DNA of 64,000 nucleotides from Eledone cirrhosa (GCA_964016885.1 OZ024757.1:33666001-33730000), one strand, 5' to 3'; numbered from the stretch's first letter, positions 12,825-28,515 are shown. Made by a program: numbers and translations. The notes: generated from the letters alone by a model not told the origin.

Positions 12825-15049
12825 TATAATATAATGACCCCTTAAACAGTAGCTAGGGGGGAATGAGGGTAAAATGAATCCAGCGCCTTTACCTTTGCAG
12901 GATAAAACTATATTAATGATTTCTAAATTAGGCACTAGGCCAACAATTTGTTGAGGAAGGGGTGTGAGCTGTAACAATATATGTTCATATATGCTAGGAC
13001 TGAGACTCCTTTTATTAAAAACACCCAAGAAATCTACTATGCAATGTAACTTGGTAGGACATTAGCTAAACCTACACCATTGAGCTGTAACATGATAGGG
13101 CCCCTATCATTAAAACACGCAGGAAACCTCCTGTGAGATACAACCTCATATGAGGCCAGCTAAACTTGCTTAGTTGTGAGTTGTAACAACAGCATAAGAC
13201 TAGGATCCCTACCATTAAAATACCCAGAAAACCACAATAACAACATCAGGAACAGCTTCAATACATCCTATGAGAGACAACCTTATATGAGGCCAGCTAC
13301 ACCTGTTTAGGTGTAAGCTGTAACAACATGATAGGACTAGGGTCCCTATCATAAAAAACACCCAGGAAACCTCCAATGAGACACAATCTCATGTGGGGCC
13401 AGCTACACCTGTTTAGGTGTAAGCTGTAACAACATGATAGGACTAGGGTCCCTATCATAAAAAACACCCAGGAAACCTCCAATGAGACACAACCTCATGT
13501 GGGGCCAGCTAAACCTGTTTAGGTGTGAGATGTAACAGGATAGGACAGAGGGTGTCCATCAGTAAAACACCCGAGAAACTTCCGATGAGACACAACTTGG
13601 TTGTTGTTGTAACAACAGCTTCAATACAACAGCAACAACCACAATAGCAACATCAGGAACAGCTTCAATACAACAGCAGCAACAACCACAATAGCAACAC
13701 CAGCAACAGCTTCAATACAACAGCAACAACAACAACCACAATAGCAACATCAGGAACAGCTTCAATACAACAGCAACAACAACAACCACAATAGCAACAT
13801 CAGGAACAACAACCATTATAACAACCACAACAACAGTAACAACAACATAGAAACTGTTTTCACTACAATTTTCTTATTAAATTACTGTGTTTATCTCAGA
13901 AGACTTCACTAAAAATAGGTTTGACCTCATAAAGTGTGACCCTTTTTAACCTATTACTTTACTCCCTATACTAGAGGTGGTGGTGGTGATAGGGGGGGGT
14001 TAGTGGTGGTAGTGGGTAGAGGAGTGGAGTAGGTAGTGGTGGTGGTGGTGTTACTGCTTTTGTTTGTGGTGGTGGAGTTGGTTTTGTTGGTAGTGGTGGT
14101 GATGCTGTTGGTGTTGTCAATGTAGTTGTTGTTGGTGGTGGTGATGATGGTATTGGTTTTAGTGGTAGTAGTGTGGTTTTGTTGTTTTTGGAGGTGGTGG
14201 GGGATGGTAGTGAAGGTGATGGTGGTAGTGGTGATGGTGATGATGTCAATAGTGATGGTGTTGTTGCTGGTGGTGGTGTTTGTTGTTAGAGGTGGTGGTG
14301 CTGGTGGTGTCAATAGTGGTAGTGTTACTGTTATTAGGGGTGGTAGTGGTGGTGGTCGTGATGGTAGTAGTGAGTGTTGCTGAAGTCAAGTCATTCCACC
14401 TCACAGGGATCCTTCCTCAGGTGCAATGCCCTTGTCCTGATTAGCAGAGGGAAACACCAGCCACCATCCAGAGATTAATAACACTAGAGCCCCCAAGTTG
14501 TGACAGCCCCCCAAAAAACACAAACTAAATTAATCAATCAATGCCCTTGCCCATAAACACATCGATTTTGATGACACATACTGTGAAAGCAAAGTAACAG
14601 GTGTTTTTGTTTGTTATCCACTCCCTCTCTCCACCACTCCAGTCCTTCATGTAGAGAAAATAGTATTGTATAAAACAACATAACAAAATGTCATGTTTTT
14701 GTGAGACATTGCTGTTATATAAAACTATATAGAGCATGTTATTTTATTGAAGGCTTGGTGGACTGGCAGTATCAGTAGAGGGTCGGACGCCATGCTTTGC
14801 AGCATAGAGTTACGACCCTTTATGGTCTGAGTTCAAATCCTGCCGAGGTTAACTTTGCCTTTCATCCTTACGGGGTCGATAAAATAAAGTACCAGTAATA
14901 CACTGGGATAATTGCTGGCCTTGTGCCAAAAGTAGAAACAGTTATTTTATTGAAGGCTGTCCTATTTAAAAACTGCAACACAGCCATCAACAGCCATTGA
15001 AGTCAAGGTTGTGAGCCACTACAATACTGCCATTGAAGTTAACATAACA

Positions 15050-16140
15050 ACACAGTATATTACAGTACAGCCATCCATAGAGAATGTAGTCCACATTACA
15101 GTACAGTACAGCCATCCATACAAAACAATAGTCCACATTACAAACCAACACAACACTACACAGTACAACCATCCATAGAAAACAATAGTTCACAATACGG
15201 TACAGCCATCCATAGACAACAATAGTCCACATTACAACACAACACAGCACAGCACAGTACAGCCTTCCATACTCAACAATAATCCATATTGCAACACAAC
15301 ACAGCACAGTACAGCCATCCATACTCAACAATAGTTCACATTACAACACAGTACAGCCATCCATACTCAACAATAGTTCACTTTACAACACAGTACAGCC
15401 ATCCATACTTAACAATAGTTCACATTACAACACAGTACAGCCATCCATACTTAACAATAGTTCACATTACAACACAGTACAGCCATCCATACTCAACAAT
15501 AGTTCACTTTACAACACAGTACAGCCATCCATACTTAACAATAGTTCACTTTACAACACAGTACAGCCATCCATACTTAACAATAGTTCACATTACAACA
15601 CAGTACAGCCATCCATACTCAACAATAGTTCACATTAGAACACAGTACAGCCATCCATACTCAACAATAGTGCACATTACAAGACAGCATAGTACAGCCA
15701 TCCATACTCAACAATAGTCCACATTACAAGACAACACAGTACAGCCATCCATACTCAACAATAGTGCACATTACAAGACAACACAGTACAGCCATCCATA
15801 CTCAACAATAGTGCACATTACAAGACAACACAGTACAGCCATCCATACTCAACAATAGTCCACATTACAACACAGTACAGCCATCCATACTCAACAATAG
15901 TCCACATTACAACACAGGACAGCCATCCATACTCAACAATAGTCCACATTACAACACAGTATAGCCATCCATACTCAACAATAGTCCACATTACAACACA
16001 ACACAGTACAGCCATCCATACTCAACAATAGTCCACATTACAACACAACACTACACAGCCATAGACAACGATAGTTTGCATTACAACACAACACTGTACA
16101 GCCATCCATACTCAACAATAGTCCACATTACAAGACAACA
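15050..16140. repeat. 42/47-bp minisatellite
   Basis: CAGTACAGCCATCCATACTCAACAATAGTTCACATTACAACA. Confidence 0.95.
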
Positions 16141-16589
16141 CTACAATACTCAGTCAATATTTCTGTGTCAAGCAATGACCTTGCAACTATTTGATTTTGT
16201 TAACTTCTCTGTATAAATCCTATCTAGATCGACAAAAAATAAACAAAACAAATCATTCTTTTTTTTTTTTTATATATATATATTTACAGCTTTGACTTTT
16301 ATTCCTTCCGGGGTCGATAAATAGCAAACTGTAGTGTAGGCAGTGTAGCATGACAAAGGTGTATGTTCTAATTATGTCTTGTTCAATTTCTGGACTGTAC
16401 TGCATATTGTTTCCTTGAGTAAAGCACTTCATTACACATTGACCCTGTGCACTCAGCTGAAAAATGGGCTTCAGCCAGTTAGGGCTGATGTTAATATTAA
16501 GGCCAACTCAGCAGCCAATAAGGACACAGATGATAGAGTGGTTCTTCTATTACAGTCGCCTAGGCATCCAATTAGGGCACAGATTATCT

Positions 16590-17312
16590 AAGGTAAAGTC
16601 TTTAGTGTGAAAATAAAGTAGTATATATAGAGTAATGTAAATGCTATGTGAGATAATTATGTGTGGTAAAGCCTTTACCATGAAAATATAATAGTATATA
16701 TATAGAGTAATGTAAATGCTATGTGAGATAATTATGTGTGGTAAAGCCTTTACCATGAAAATATAATAGTATATATAGAGTAATGTAAATGCTATGTGAG
16801 ATAATTATGTGTGGTAAAGCCTTTACCATGAAAATATAATAGTATATATAGAGTAATGTAAATGCTATGTGAGATAATTATGTGTGGTAAAGCCTTTACC
16901 ATGAAAATATAATAGTATATATAGAGTAATGTAAATGCTATGTGAAATAATTGTGTGGTAAAGCCTTTACCATGAAAATATAATAGTATATATAGAGTAA
17001 TGTAAATGCTATGTGAGATAATTATGTGTGGTAAAGCCTTTACCATGAAAATATAATAGTATATATAGAGTAATGTAAATGCTATGTGAGATAATTATGT
17101 GTGGTAAAGCCTTTACCATGAAAATATAATAGTATATATAGAGTAATGTAAATGCTATGTGAGATAATTATGTGTGGTAAAGCCTTTACCATGAAAATAT
17201 AATAGTATATATAGAGTAATGTAAATGCTATGTGAGATAATTATGTGTGGTAAAGCCTTTACCGTGAAAATACAATAGTATATATATAGAGTAATGTAAA
17301 TGCTAAAGGGTT
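16590..17312. repeat. 73-bp minisatellite (about 10 copies) derived from the piggyBac-like MITE end
   Basis: Unit GAGTAATGTAAATGCTATGTGAGATAATTATGTGTGGTAAAGCCTTTACCATGAAAATATAATAGTATATATA; the array ends in the TIR TAAATGCTAAAGGG. Confidence 0.9.
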
Positions 17313-17447
17313 GAGGCCAACTAAGCAACCACATAAACACAGACGACAGTGGTGCTGCCATTATGGTCAAATAGGCAGCTACCTAGGGCATAAACCTCAG
17401 TCATTACCCACGATTCATCACCGTGAATACTGAATATCAATAAATAA

Positions 17448-18335
17448 TGGTTTCTGATTAAGGCACAAGGCCAGCAATTTTGAAGAGGGGGGGAAAGTCG
17501 ATTAGATCAATCCTCAGTACATTACTGGTACTTTATTTTATCAACCCTCAGAAGGACAAAAGGCAAAGTTGATCTTGGCAGGATTTGAACTCAGAATGTA
17601 GAAAGTCTTATATAAATACAAAACATTTAGTTTGACACTCTACAAAGTCTGCTAATCTGTTATCTCTCCCTACACTATTAATAATAATTATTACTACTTT
17701 AGGCACAAGGCCAGCAATTTGTAGGGGAGGGAAAAGTTAACTAAATCAACCCAGTCCATTACTGGTACTTTATTTTATCAACCCTCAGATGGATGAAAGG
17801 CAAAGCTAACCTCGGCGGGATTTGAACTCAGAACGTAAAGGGCCGTAACTCTATGCTGAAAAGCTGGGTGTTCAATGCTTTACTGATTCTGCCAAAAGTG
17901 TAGCAATTTGAAGGGAAGGAGAAGTAGATTAAATCGACCCCAGTGCATTACTGGTACTTTATTTTATCGACCAAATGAGGAGGAAAGGCAAAGCTAACCT
18001 CGGCGGGATTTGAACCCAGAACGTAAAGGGCTGTAACTTTATGTCGCGAAACATGGTGTCTGACGCTCTACTGATTCTGCCAATCCACCGCCCTTACACT
18101 ATTAATAATAATTGTTTCTAGTATAGGCCAGTAATTTGGAGGGAAGGGAAAGTCGATTAAATCGACCCCCAGTACATTACTGGTACTTTATTTTATCGAC
18201 CCCCATAAGGATTAAAGGCAAAGTTAACCTCAGCGGGATTTGAACTCAGACCGTAAAGGGGCGTAACTCTATGCTGTAAAGCATGGCGTCCGACGCTCTA
18301 CCGATACTGCCAATCCACTGCACTATTAATAATAA
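17448..18335 (-). mobile_element. Cluster of four head-to-tail copies of the second SINE family
   Basis: The core ATTACTGGTACTTTATTTTATC recurs near 17521, 17758, 17947 and 18176. Confidence 0.85.
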
Positions 18336-19550
18336 TAAATCAATAGGAATTTTTACAATCTTTCTCTCCCTCTCCCTCTTTTCTCTCCCTCTCTCTCCTT
18401 TTCTCTTCCTCTCTCTCCCTCACTTTTCTCTCCCTTTCTCTGTCTCTCTCCCTCTCTCTCACTCTCTCTGTCCCTCTCTCTCTCATTTCTCTCCCTCTCT
18501 CTGACCCCCCCCCTATTTCTGTCTCCCTCTCATTTCTCTCCCTCTCTCTCTCATTTCTCTCCCTCTCTCTGACTCCCCCCCCTATTTCTGTCTCACTCTC
18601 TCTCCATATCAACAATTCTATTTTCACTGGATAACAAGAAAGAAGAAAGAAAAATTGAAACAAGAAAAAGAAGACATTGTTTTTTTTTAGTCAAGTGGGG
18701 AGGGATGGGGGTAGAAGAAGGAGGCGATAATAAGGATTTCTAATTTATGCACAAGGCCAGCAAATTTGGGTTGAGGATGGGGGTAAAGTTGATTAACCCT
18801 TTAGCATTTACATTACAGTGAAGGCGCATAGCTTAGTGGTTAGAGCATTGGCCTTGCAATCGAAAGGTTGTGAGTTCAATTCTTGGACCGGGTGATGTGT
18901 TGTTTCCTTTATTTCACGTTGGTCCAGTTTATTCAGCTGTAGAAATGAGATGATAGGACTGGGGTCTCTATCATTAAATCACCCAAGACACCTCCAACGA
19001 GATATGCTTTGGAGGAGGCCGGCTGGACCGCCATAGGTGTGAGCTGTGACGGCAACAGCAGCAGCAGCAGCATTTACATTACTCTATATATACTATTGCG
19101 TGTTTGTGGTAAAGGCTTTATCTTACATAATTACCGTATTTCCCGGCATCGAAGACTCTACTTTTTTCCTAAAATAAGTCTCAAAAATCTACCATGCGTC
19201 CTGGAGGCCAAAGGTTGTTTATTATAAATCAACCTCAGTATGTAACTGGTACTTTGCTTTTTTTATCGGCCACTGGAAGAAGGAAAGACAAAATTGACTT
19301 CAAATGAAGGAAATAAATTTGTTAAAATATAAATAAAAAAATACCCCCCCCCCCGTAAATCCACCCCCACATTGACACAAAAATCGATACAGTGAAACTA
19401 TAACCCTTCCCCCTTCCCCCCAAAAAATTATTCAATATAATAAAAATATAAAATACTGGAATAAAACTACCCGTCATCGATTACGTCAGACAAAATCAAT
19501 AACGGCATTGATTTTAGTGAAAGGTTTTGCGTCTTCTCATTTCTTCCTGT

Positions 19551-19581
<31 letters not shown>

Positions 19582-19824
19582 TACATTCTATCTCTCTATT
19601 TCTCCCTCCCTATCTCTCTCTCTCTATATATATATATATATTTATATTTATAATTCTCTATCTACATATCTATCTATCTGTCTGTCTACTTGTCTGTCTA
19701 TCTATCTATCTGTCCCTCTATCTACCTTTCTATATATATATCTATCTATCTGTCTGCCTTTCTATCTATCTATCTACTTGTCTGTCTATCTATCTATCTC
19801 TCTGTCTGTCTGTCTATCTATCTC

Positions 19825-19881
<57 letters not shown>

Positions 19882-20235
19882 GTAGGTTGAGGAAGATAAA
19901 CAGAGGGCAGACAGGAACACCTACAAAACGTGTTCCTGGTGTTGAGGGTTGTTCTATCCACGGGGTGTAAAACAACCCTGTAGTAACGTTTCCCCCTATT
20001 GGGGATTTCAGTTGTTATTTATTAAGGTTAAAGTTATGATTCTTATGTAAAACCCCCGCCATCACGTCTTGTAATGTCCCATTGTTGTGCACCCCTGTGG
20101 CAAATAAAGAAAGATATCTATCTATGTAGCTTTATGTTGGCCTCCCACGAACTTGTTTCTCATAGGATGTTTCTTAGGTATTTTAATGATACACATATAC
20201 ATATATACACAGCATTGATACTGTATTGATTCATC

Positions 20236-21920
20236 TAACACCACAACCACCACCACAACCACCACCATAACCATCACCACAACCATCATCACTACAACCA
20301 TCACCACAACCATCACCACAACCACCACCACAACCACAACCACAACCATAACCACTACAACCATCATCACCACAACCACCACCACAACCATCACCACAAC
20401 CACCACCACAACCATCACCACAACCACCACCACAACCATCACCACAACCACCACCACAACCATCACCACAACCATCACCACAACCACCACCACAACCATC
20501 ACCACAACCACCACCACAACCATCACCACAACCATCACCACAACCAACACCACAACCATCACCACAACCACCACCACAACCATCACCACAACCACCACCA
20601 CAACCATCACCACAACCACCACCACAACCATCACCACAACCACCACCACAACCATCACCACAACCACCACCACAACCATCACCACAACCATCACCACAAC
20701 CACCACCACAACCACCACCACAACCACCACCACAACCATCACCACAACCACAACCACCACCACAACCACAACCACCACCACAACCACCACCACAACCATC
20801 ACCACAACCATCACCACAACCACCACCACAACCATCACCACAACCATCATCACCACAACCACCACCACAACCACCACCACAACCATCACCACAACCATCA
20901 CCACAACCACCACCACAACCATCACCACAACCATCACCACAACCACCACCACAACCATCACCACTACAACCACCACCACAACCATCATCACCACAACCAC
21001 TACAACCATCATCACCACAACCACAACCATCACCACTACAACCACCACCACAACCATCACCACTACAACCACCACCACAACCATCATCACCACAACCACA
21101 ACTACAACCATCATCACCACAACCACTACAACCATCATCACCACAACCACAACCATCATCACTACAACCACAACTACAACCATCATCCCCACAACCATCA
21201 TCACCACAACCATCACCACCACCACAACCACAACTATCAACACAACCAACCACCCCCACCACCACAACCATCATCACAACAACCACAACCATCATCACCA
21301 CAATCACCATCCCAACCAAAACACCACAACCATCACCACTACCACAACTACTGTCACCACAACCATCACCACTACCACAACCATCACCACCACCACAACC
21401 ATCACCACCACCATCACCACAACCGCCATCCACCAACACCACAACCGCCATCAACACCACCACCATCATTACCACCACAATCACTATCACTACTACCACC
21501 AGTGACAATACCACCACCACCACTACAACCACCATCCACCCCACCACGACCATCACCACCTCCACAACCTCCATCAATACCACCAACATCATCACCACCA
21601 TCTACAACCACAATCCATCACCACCACCACCACAAACATCAATACCACCACCAATAACAACAGTAACACTACCACAACCATCATCCACCAATTCCACCGC
21701 CACCACTATAGCCACTACCACCACCACCACCACCACCTCCACCATCACAGCCACCGCCACCACAATCACCATCATCACCACCACATCCACCACCACCACA
21801 ATCAACACCACCAACACCACAGCCATGACCACAAACACCACCATCACAACCACCACCACCACCACCACAATCACAACAACTACTGCCACAAACACCATCA
21901 CCACCACCACCACCACCACA
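20236..21920. repeat. Compound (CAC/CAA/CAT)n trinucleotide array
   Basis: Direct inspection; gives spurious poly-V and GC-repeat ORFs. Confidence 0.95.
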
Positions 21921-22387
21921 ATGCTGTGTCTGTATATATATGTCCTGCAACTAAGCAGTTCGACAAAAGAGATTGATAAAATAAGTAATAACTGCCGGAC
22001 TTTTTATAAAACATGTACTGGGTGGTAGGTGTGTGTGTGTGTGGGGGGGGGGGGGAGATAGATATAAATATAATTGAGTAAATCACTGTGTTGCCACAGC
22101 ATGGCCACAGCCTAATAACACAAACCTGTCAAGGAATAAAGGAATATTGGTTTTCTTCTGTTGATTCCAACCATTTCCAATCAGATTAATTTGCATATTT
22201 GTAGCGTTGTAGAGTATATAAAACAAAACAGTTAGTTTGATTAGCAAATATTATTTTATTTACAGGGTCAATAAAATAAAGTACCAGTAATGCATTGGTT
22301 AATTGCTGGCCTTGTGCCAAACATAGAAACAATTATTTTATTAACAATCATCATTATCATCATCATCATTATGTATATATATATACA

Positions 22388-22421
<34 letters not shown>

Positions 22422-23027
22422 CATATGTGTGTGTGTGTATATATATATATATATGTATATTTATGTGTGTATATATATATATGTGTGTAAATAAAACCCT
22501 TTTTGTACTGTTGACCATGTTATTCTTCACTCTTTCACTATATATATATATATATATATATACACACAATATATATATGCCTCAACCGGATGGCTGGAAC
22601 AGGTAAATGAGTAAAAGAGTATACCTATATGTTCGTGTGTATGTGTGTGTGCATATATATATGTGTGTGTATATGTATATATATATATATGTGTGTATAT
22701 GTATATATATATGTGTATGTATATGTGTATGTGTGTATGTGTATATATATATATGTATGTATATATGTATGTGTGTATATGTATATATATGTATATATGT
22801 ATGTATGTGTGTATATGTATATATATGTATATATGTATGTGTGTGTGTATATGTATATATATATATATGTATGTGTGTGTGTATATGTATATATATATAT
22901 ATATGTATGTATGTGTGTGTGTGTATATGTATATATATATATGTATGTATGTGTGTGTGTATATGTATATATATATATGTATGTATGTGTGTGTGTGTAT
23001 ATGTATGTATGTGTGTGTGTGTATATG

Positions 23028-23104
<77 letters not shown>

Positions 23105-24254
23105 ATATATATATATATGTGTATATATGTATATATATATATGTATGTATGTATATATGTGTGTGTGTGTATATATATATATATACTTTGTGAGAGCCAG
23201 ACTGCCAATAAAAACAGACAATCCTGGTAAGGTCAACTTTGCCTTTCATCATTCTGGGGTCAATAAATTACCAGTAAAATACTGGGGTTGATTTGATTCC
23301 CTTTTTCCTCTCCACAAATTGCTGGTGTTGGGCTTATGTTAAAAATGATTATTAGTTAGGTAACAAATGTGTTCCTTTGTTAGTTTATTAACTGAATGTG
23401 TAATTAATTGTCAAAGAACTTTCATCACACCTTATGTGACCTTCTCAATGACTATTTTTGCTCCTCCTTGTCTCCTCTTCATTTTGATTTTCTTTTATTT
23501 ACCCTGTTTTGTTTATATCTGATGTGTATGTATGTGTGAGTTTCTGGTATTTGCATTTGTGTGTTTCTATAGATGTATGTGTGTGTATGTATTTCTATAT
23601 GTGTATGTATGTGTATATATCCTGTTTCCCATCCAAGTTTTATTTTTGTGTGTATGTGTTTATATATATTTTTATATTTATATATTTATTTTATCTGCAT
23701 ATGTGGTGTATTTATATTTTTTCAGGTAAAATTTCCCACCAGCTTTCATGTATGTTTACTTATCTATATGCATATGTATGCATATGCAGTCATTTACATC
23801 TCTATACTTGTTTGTTTGTCTGTCCATTCTTATGATTAAATCGACCCCAGTATATTACTGGTGCTTTATTTTATTGACCCCGTAAGGGTGAAAGGCAAAG
23901 TTAACGTTGGCGGGATTTGAACTCAGAACATAAAGGTCTGTAACTCTAAACATGTTGTCCGACACTCTACCGATTCTGCCAATCCACTGCCCTAGATACC
24001 TAATTAATAATAAAACCAAAGCAAAACTAAACCTGGTGCATGTGTTTCATTGGTAGCATGATCCTCACAAAGTATATTTGTTTCAACACATGATTTCACA
24101 TCAAGAATCTTGTAATTCAAATACAAGATGAAGTGTATATATATATAATGTGCAAAATCGCATACCAGAAAGGGGCTGAAGAGGTAGAGATGCAGTTGTC
24201 TGTTTGTCTTATATATGTAACTGTTGTAGTGTGTGAATTTTGTGTTGATACAAA

Positions 24255-24309
<55 letters not shown>

Positions 24310-25558
24310 TTTAAATTCATTTAACTAAAATCTGCTTTCCAAACAAGCAAGTCAATCCGATCAATTTTTTAAGTCTCTCCCTTGATAATGGGTTTTTCAA
24401 CCCCAAAATATTTGGGATTGTTAAATTTGCTAAGGTAAGATTCTTTTGTTATCTTGGTGATCTAATGTTCTCTCTAACGTATTGTTTGACTCAAAATTTA
24501 AATTTGTATACATATATATATGTATATATATGCATATATATATATGTGTGTGTATATATGCATATATATATATATGTGTGTATGTGTGTGTATGTATATG
24601 TATATATATATGTGTGTGTATGTATATATATATATGTATCCCAGTACAACCTGTCTCATGGTTGGGTCGTTGGCGACTAAACTGGCAACCCCACCAAGGT
24701 TTCTTGGTGAGGAGGGTGACTTTGGACATCCTGCAGGACTAAAAACAAAACCTGTCAAAGGGCAAAGGAGCTCTTAAGAGTCAATGGCCATCCAAAATCA
24801 CCGGGAGAGATGACCCCTTAGCCTTTGTCAAGGCAGAATTCTAGGAGAAGGAAAACTGTGATATAACACCTGCAACCCTGATGGTATCCAATGATGTTGA
24901 CTTGTTCTTCTTTTTGCTAAATATCATCTTGGTTAAGAGAGTGGGACTGGCTTTGTGCAGTGCCTCTGCTCACTATAAAAGCTTCACGGCACAGGCATTG
25001 CTTTATATCTGGAGATCTCTCTGCACTTGTCGTCACATGGTACCATGGGCCCAGCACTATGTGTCAATAATTGTCACAAGTGTAGTGTTTGTACCAGAGT
25101 TTTCAAGTCGCTGGCTGGACTAAAAAGTCACACTTGTTCAGCGCATCGGTAGGGGTTCTCCTACATGGATATAAAGTAGTGGCCGTACTCGAAAACGAGT
25201 TGGCAGCCACCATGTATCTATGTATGTGTATGTATATGTGTATATGTGTATGTATGCATTTATGTATGTGTGTGTGTGTGTATGTATGTGTATGTATGTA
25301 TGTGTGTATATGTGTATGTATGCATAAATGTATGTATATATGCATGCATGTGTAAACAAATATATATATATAAATATATAAACAGTGATGATGCATATAT
25401 ATGTGTGTGTGCATGTGTATATATATACATGTATATATATACTCACACATTCAACAATAACTTTATTCACATGTCTCCAGGTGCGGATTATATAGAATTG
25501 TGTGCAAACTATCCATTATATAAAAATATATTGATTAATTTATATATATATATATACA

Positions 25559-25606
<48 letters not shown>

Positions 25607-25720
25607 AGAATAAAATTTTAATAGTTTAAGAATAGAAATACAAAAAAGTATATTTTTTCTGTATACAGCCATTTGTATAGATGTACAAATATCATGTATG
25701 TTATAGATACATAAAAACAG

Positions 25721-25787
<67 letters not shown>

Positions 25788-25868
25788 AATATGTACATAT
25801 ATACATAAATCCCTCCATGTGTAGATATATATCTACATGTATATATATGTGTGTGTGCATGTATAAAA

Positions 25869-25901
<33 letters not shown>

Positions 25902-26066
25902 GTGTAGTCATATTGATTTTTTGATGTGTACTGTTTGAGGCATTGTGTTGTTGCTGAAGACATACACACATACATATATACATACACACATACATAGATA
26001 TACACACATACATACATACAGACATACATACTTACATACACACTCACATACATACATATATATATT

Positions 26067-26652
26067 TAAGGCTGTATACAGCTATGCTGTGGCCACACTT
26101 AGAATTTGCATCACCAGTCTGGAACCCCTATCTTGCTCAGGACATTGACCGCCTGGAAACTGTTCAGAGACGTGCAACCAAGCGAATACCCTCCATCAGG
26201 CATCTACCATACTCTGAGCGCCTTGCTTCCCTGGGCATGGATTCATTGAAGCTCCGACGCCTGGCAACTGACTTGGTAAACACCCACAAAATTGTTAACC
26301 ATGTTGCCAACAACAACCCTGAGTACCTTTTTGATTTCCATGTGTCTAACACACGTGGACATGCCCACAAAGTAAGAAAACAGCACAGTTCCCATGACTT
26401 TCGGAAACATTTTTTCACGCTCAGAGTTGCTGAAGCATGGAACAAACTACCTGCATCAGTTGTTAGCTGTCGAGACACTGCATCCTTTAAGGCCTCCATG
26501 CTTCCCGAGATCCGCCAACACTACAGCTAACACATACACACATGCATTTCCCTGACATTTGTGTATTATTCTATGTACTATACATACACCTTTGACGAGT
26601 TGTAGTGCACCTGAGCACTTTACATAATAATTTCATTATTATTATTATTATT
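26067..26652 (+). mobile_element. CR1-type LINE ORF2 3' fragment
   Basis: PHLEFASPVWNPY...LETVQRRATKRIP...YSERL...LKLRR...TRGH...FFTLRVAEAWNKLP; (ATT)n tail. Tail-only copies at about 6790-6905 (-) and 48110-48260 (+). Confidence 0.92.
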
Positions 26653-26761
26653 ATATACATTGATATAAATGTACAAACTTTTATATATATATACTTGGAT
26701 ACTCAGATACATCGACACATACATACTTAAATACATGTATACATACATATATACATACATA

Positions 26762-26812
<51 letters not shown>

Positions 26813-26826
26813 GTATATATATATAT

Positions 26827-26937
<111 letters not shown>

Positions 26938-27164
26938 GTACACACACACATGGATTGGCAAAATCGTTAGAGCATCGGACAAATGCTTAACCATATTCGC
27001 TTTGGTTCTTTACATTCTGAGTTCAAATCCCACCGAGGTCAACTTTGCCTTTCTTCCTTACATGGTCAATAAAATAAAGCACTAGTAATGCACTGGGGTC
27101 GATTTAATCAACTTTCCCCTCCCTCCAAAATTGCTGGCCTTGACCTATTGTAGAAATCATGATT

Positions 27165-27800
27165 ATCATTGTTATTGTTATCTTTCGTCTTATTTTTATT
27201 TTATTTTGTCACTGCATTACTGAGCACAGCTCTGTGTACCTTGGGTATGTGCAGTGTTATTTCTATTGTAGTGAGGAGTACTCTTTGTAATGTGTGCAAT
27301 GCCTAGTAGTGTTATTTTATGTATGTTTATATTTGTAATTCCTGGGGTTTGGGTTATGTATCTAGAAATCATCATCATCATCATCACTATTATTATTATC
27401 ATCCCTGACTTCATAAGCAATGAAGCAGTGCCCAAATTTCTACTATCATTAGCACTGCCAAAATCCTACAATGTTTATTGAGCCTCTGAGATCAGGGACA
27501 GACCTGAGACCAATTAACATGTTTCACCTAGTAACCAATTGCTAGAGAAACCTTACAAAAGTAAGAAAAAAAATTATTATTATTATTATTTTTATTATTA
27601 TTATTATTGGAGTCTCAGTCATTGATGTTATTTAACTGGAAAGTTTGTTCAAATGAACATCAAGCTGCTACCTGCAGCCTCAGATATTCAGGATGTATCG
27701 GAGGGTTGATGTTGTTCCCAGCAAGCATGCATTTTGAAGTGTTCCAAAAATGTGGGCTGGACTAATGTTCTTTAACTATCCTTGAAAACTCTTTGAAACA
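27165..27800 (-). mobile_element. Two decayed 3' ends of R4/NeSL-like (RLE-type) LINEs
   Basis: IHKITLLGIAHI (about 27290-27330) and LQNACLLGTTSTLRYILNI* (about 27680-27740), each followed by a (TAA)n-type tail. Confidence 0.55.
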
Positions 27801-28071
27801 CTCAAGCCGGTAGCAAAGAATGGCAACACCCTTGGAATATCAACAGGAAAAAGTCACTTGCTTTGTAGTTAGTTACTATAGTGATATCTATTTGTCTTTC
27901 ATACACAGTCTCTCTTTCTCTCACTGTATTTCTCTCTCAACATTTTGTAAGGCAAAAATAGTTTTAATTTACGAACATTTCGGAAGACAAATGGCCTTCA
28001 GAAACAAATTATGTCCGTGAACCAAAGTTCCACTGTGGATTTATATATATGTATATATACATATATATATA

Positions 28072-28515
28072 CAGGTACTCCTCATTTAAAGATCTCTCGG
28101 AGTTACGAACAACTTCACAAATTACATATATTAGTTTAACAAAAATCTCTCGAAATTACGATTCGTTGACTCGTCAATAATATATTCGCTCAACGACAAT
28201 ATCTCGCAGTTACGATCCGCAGAGAACAGTGACAGCACAGTTGTGTACGTTAAGTTGGGCTGAGGCAACCGGCAATGCTTCGCAGCGTCATTTGCGTGTA
28301 TCCACTGAACACAAGAAGTTACCAAGTATTTTTTTGTTTCGATACCGTTATATCCCTCAAGATGTCAGCAAAAAGAACCAGTACTACACCAGGACCTTAT
28401 CCCAAGAAGTCAAGGAAATCCATTGATATAGAAACAAATAATATGAAGAAGGAGGTAAAGTGAACGCAATTGCTGCTAGAATGAACTTGGCAAGTTCTAC
28501 TATATCTACTATAGC
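28072..28515 (+). mobile_element. Tigger/pogo transposon 5' fragment with decayed transposase N-terminus
   Basis: TA-CAGGTACTCCTC terminus; MSAKR...KKSRKSIDIET, then after a frameshift YEEGGKVNAIAARMNLASSTISTI, resembling a psq/CENP-B-type HTH. Confidence 0.7.

Noticed and set aside
20122-21950. 456-aa Gly/Cys/Asp and poly-Val ORFs
   Set aside because: Trinucleotide array with no unique coding flanks or splice support.
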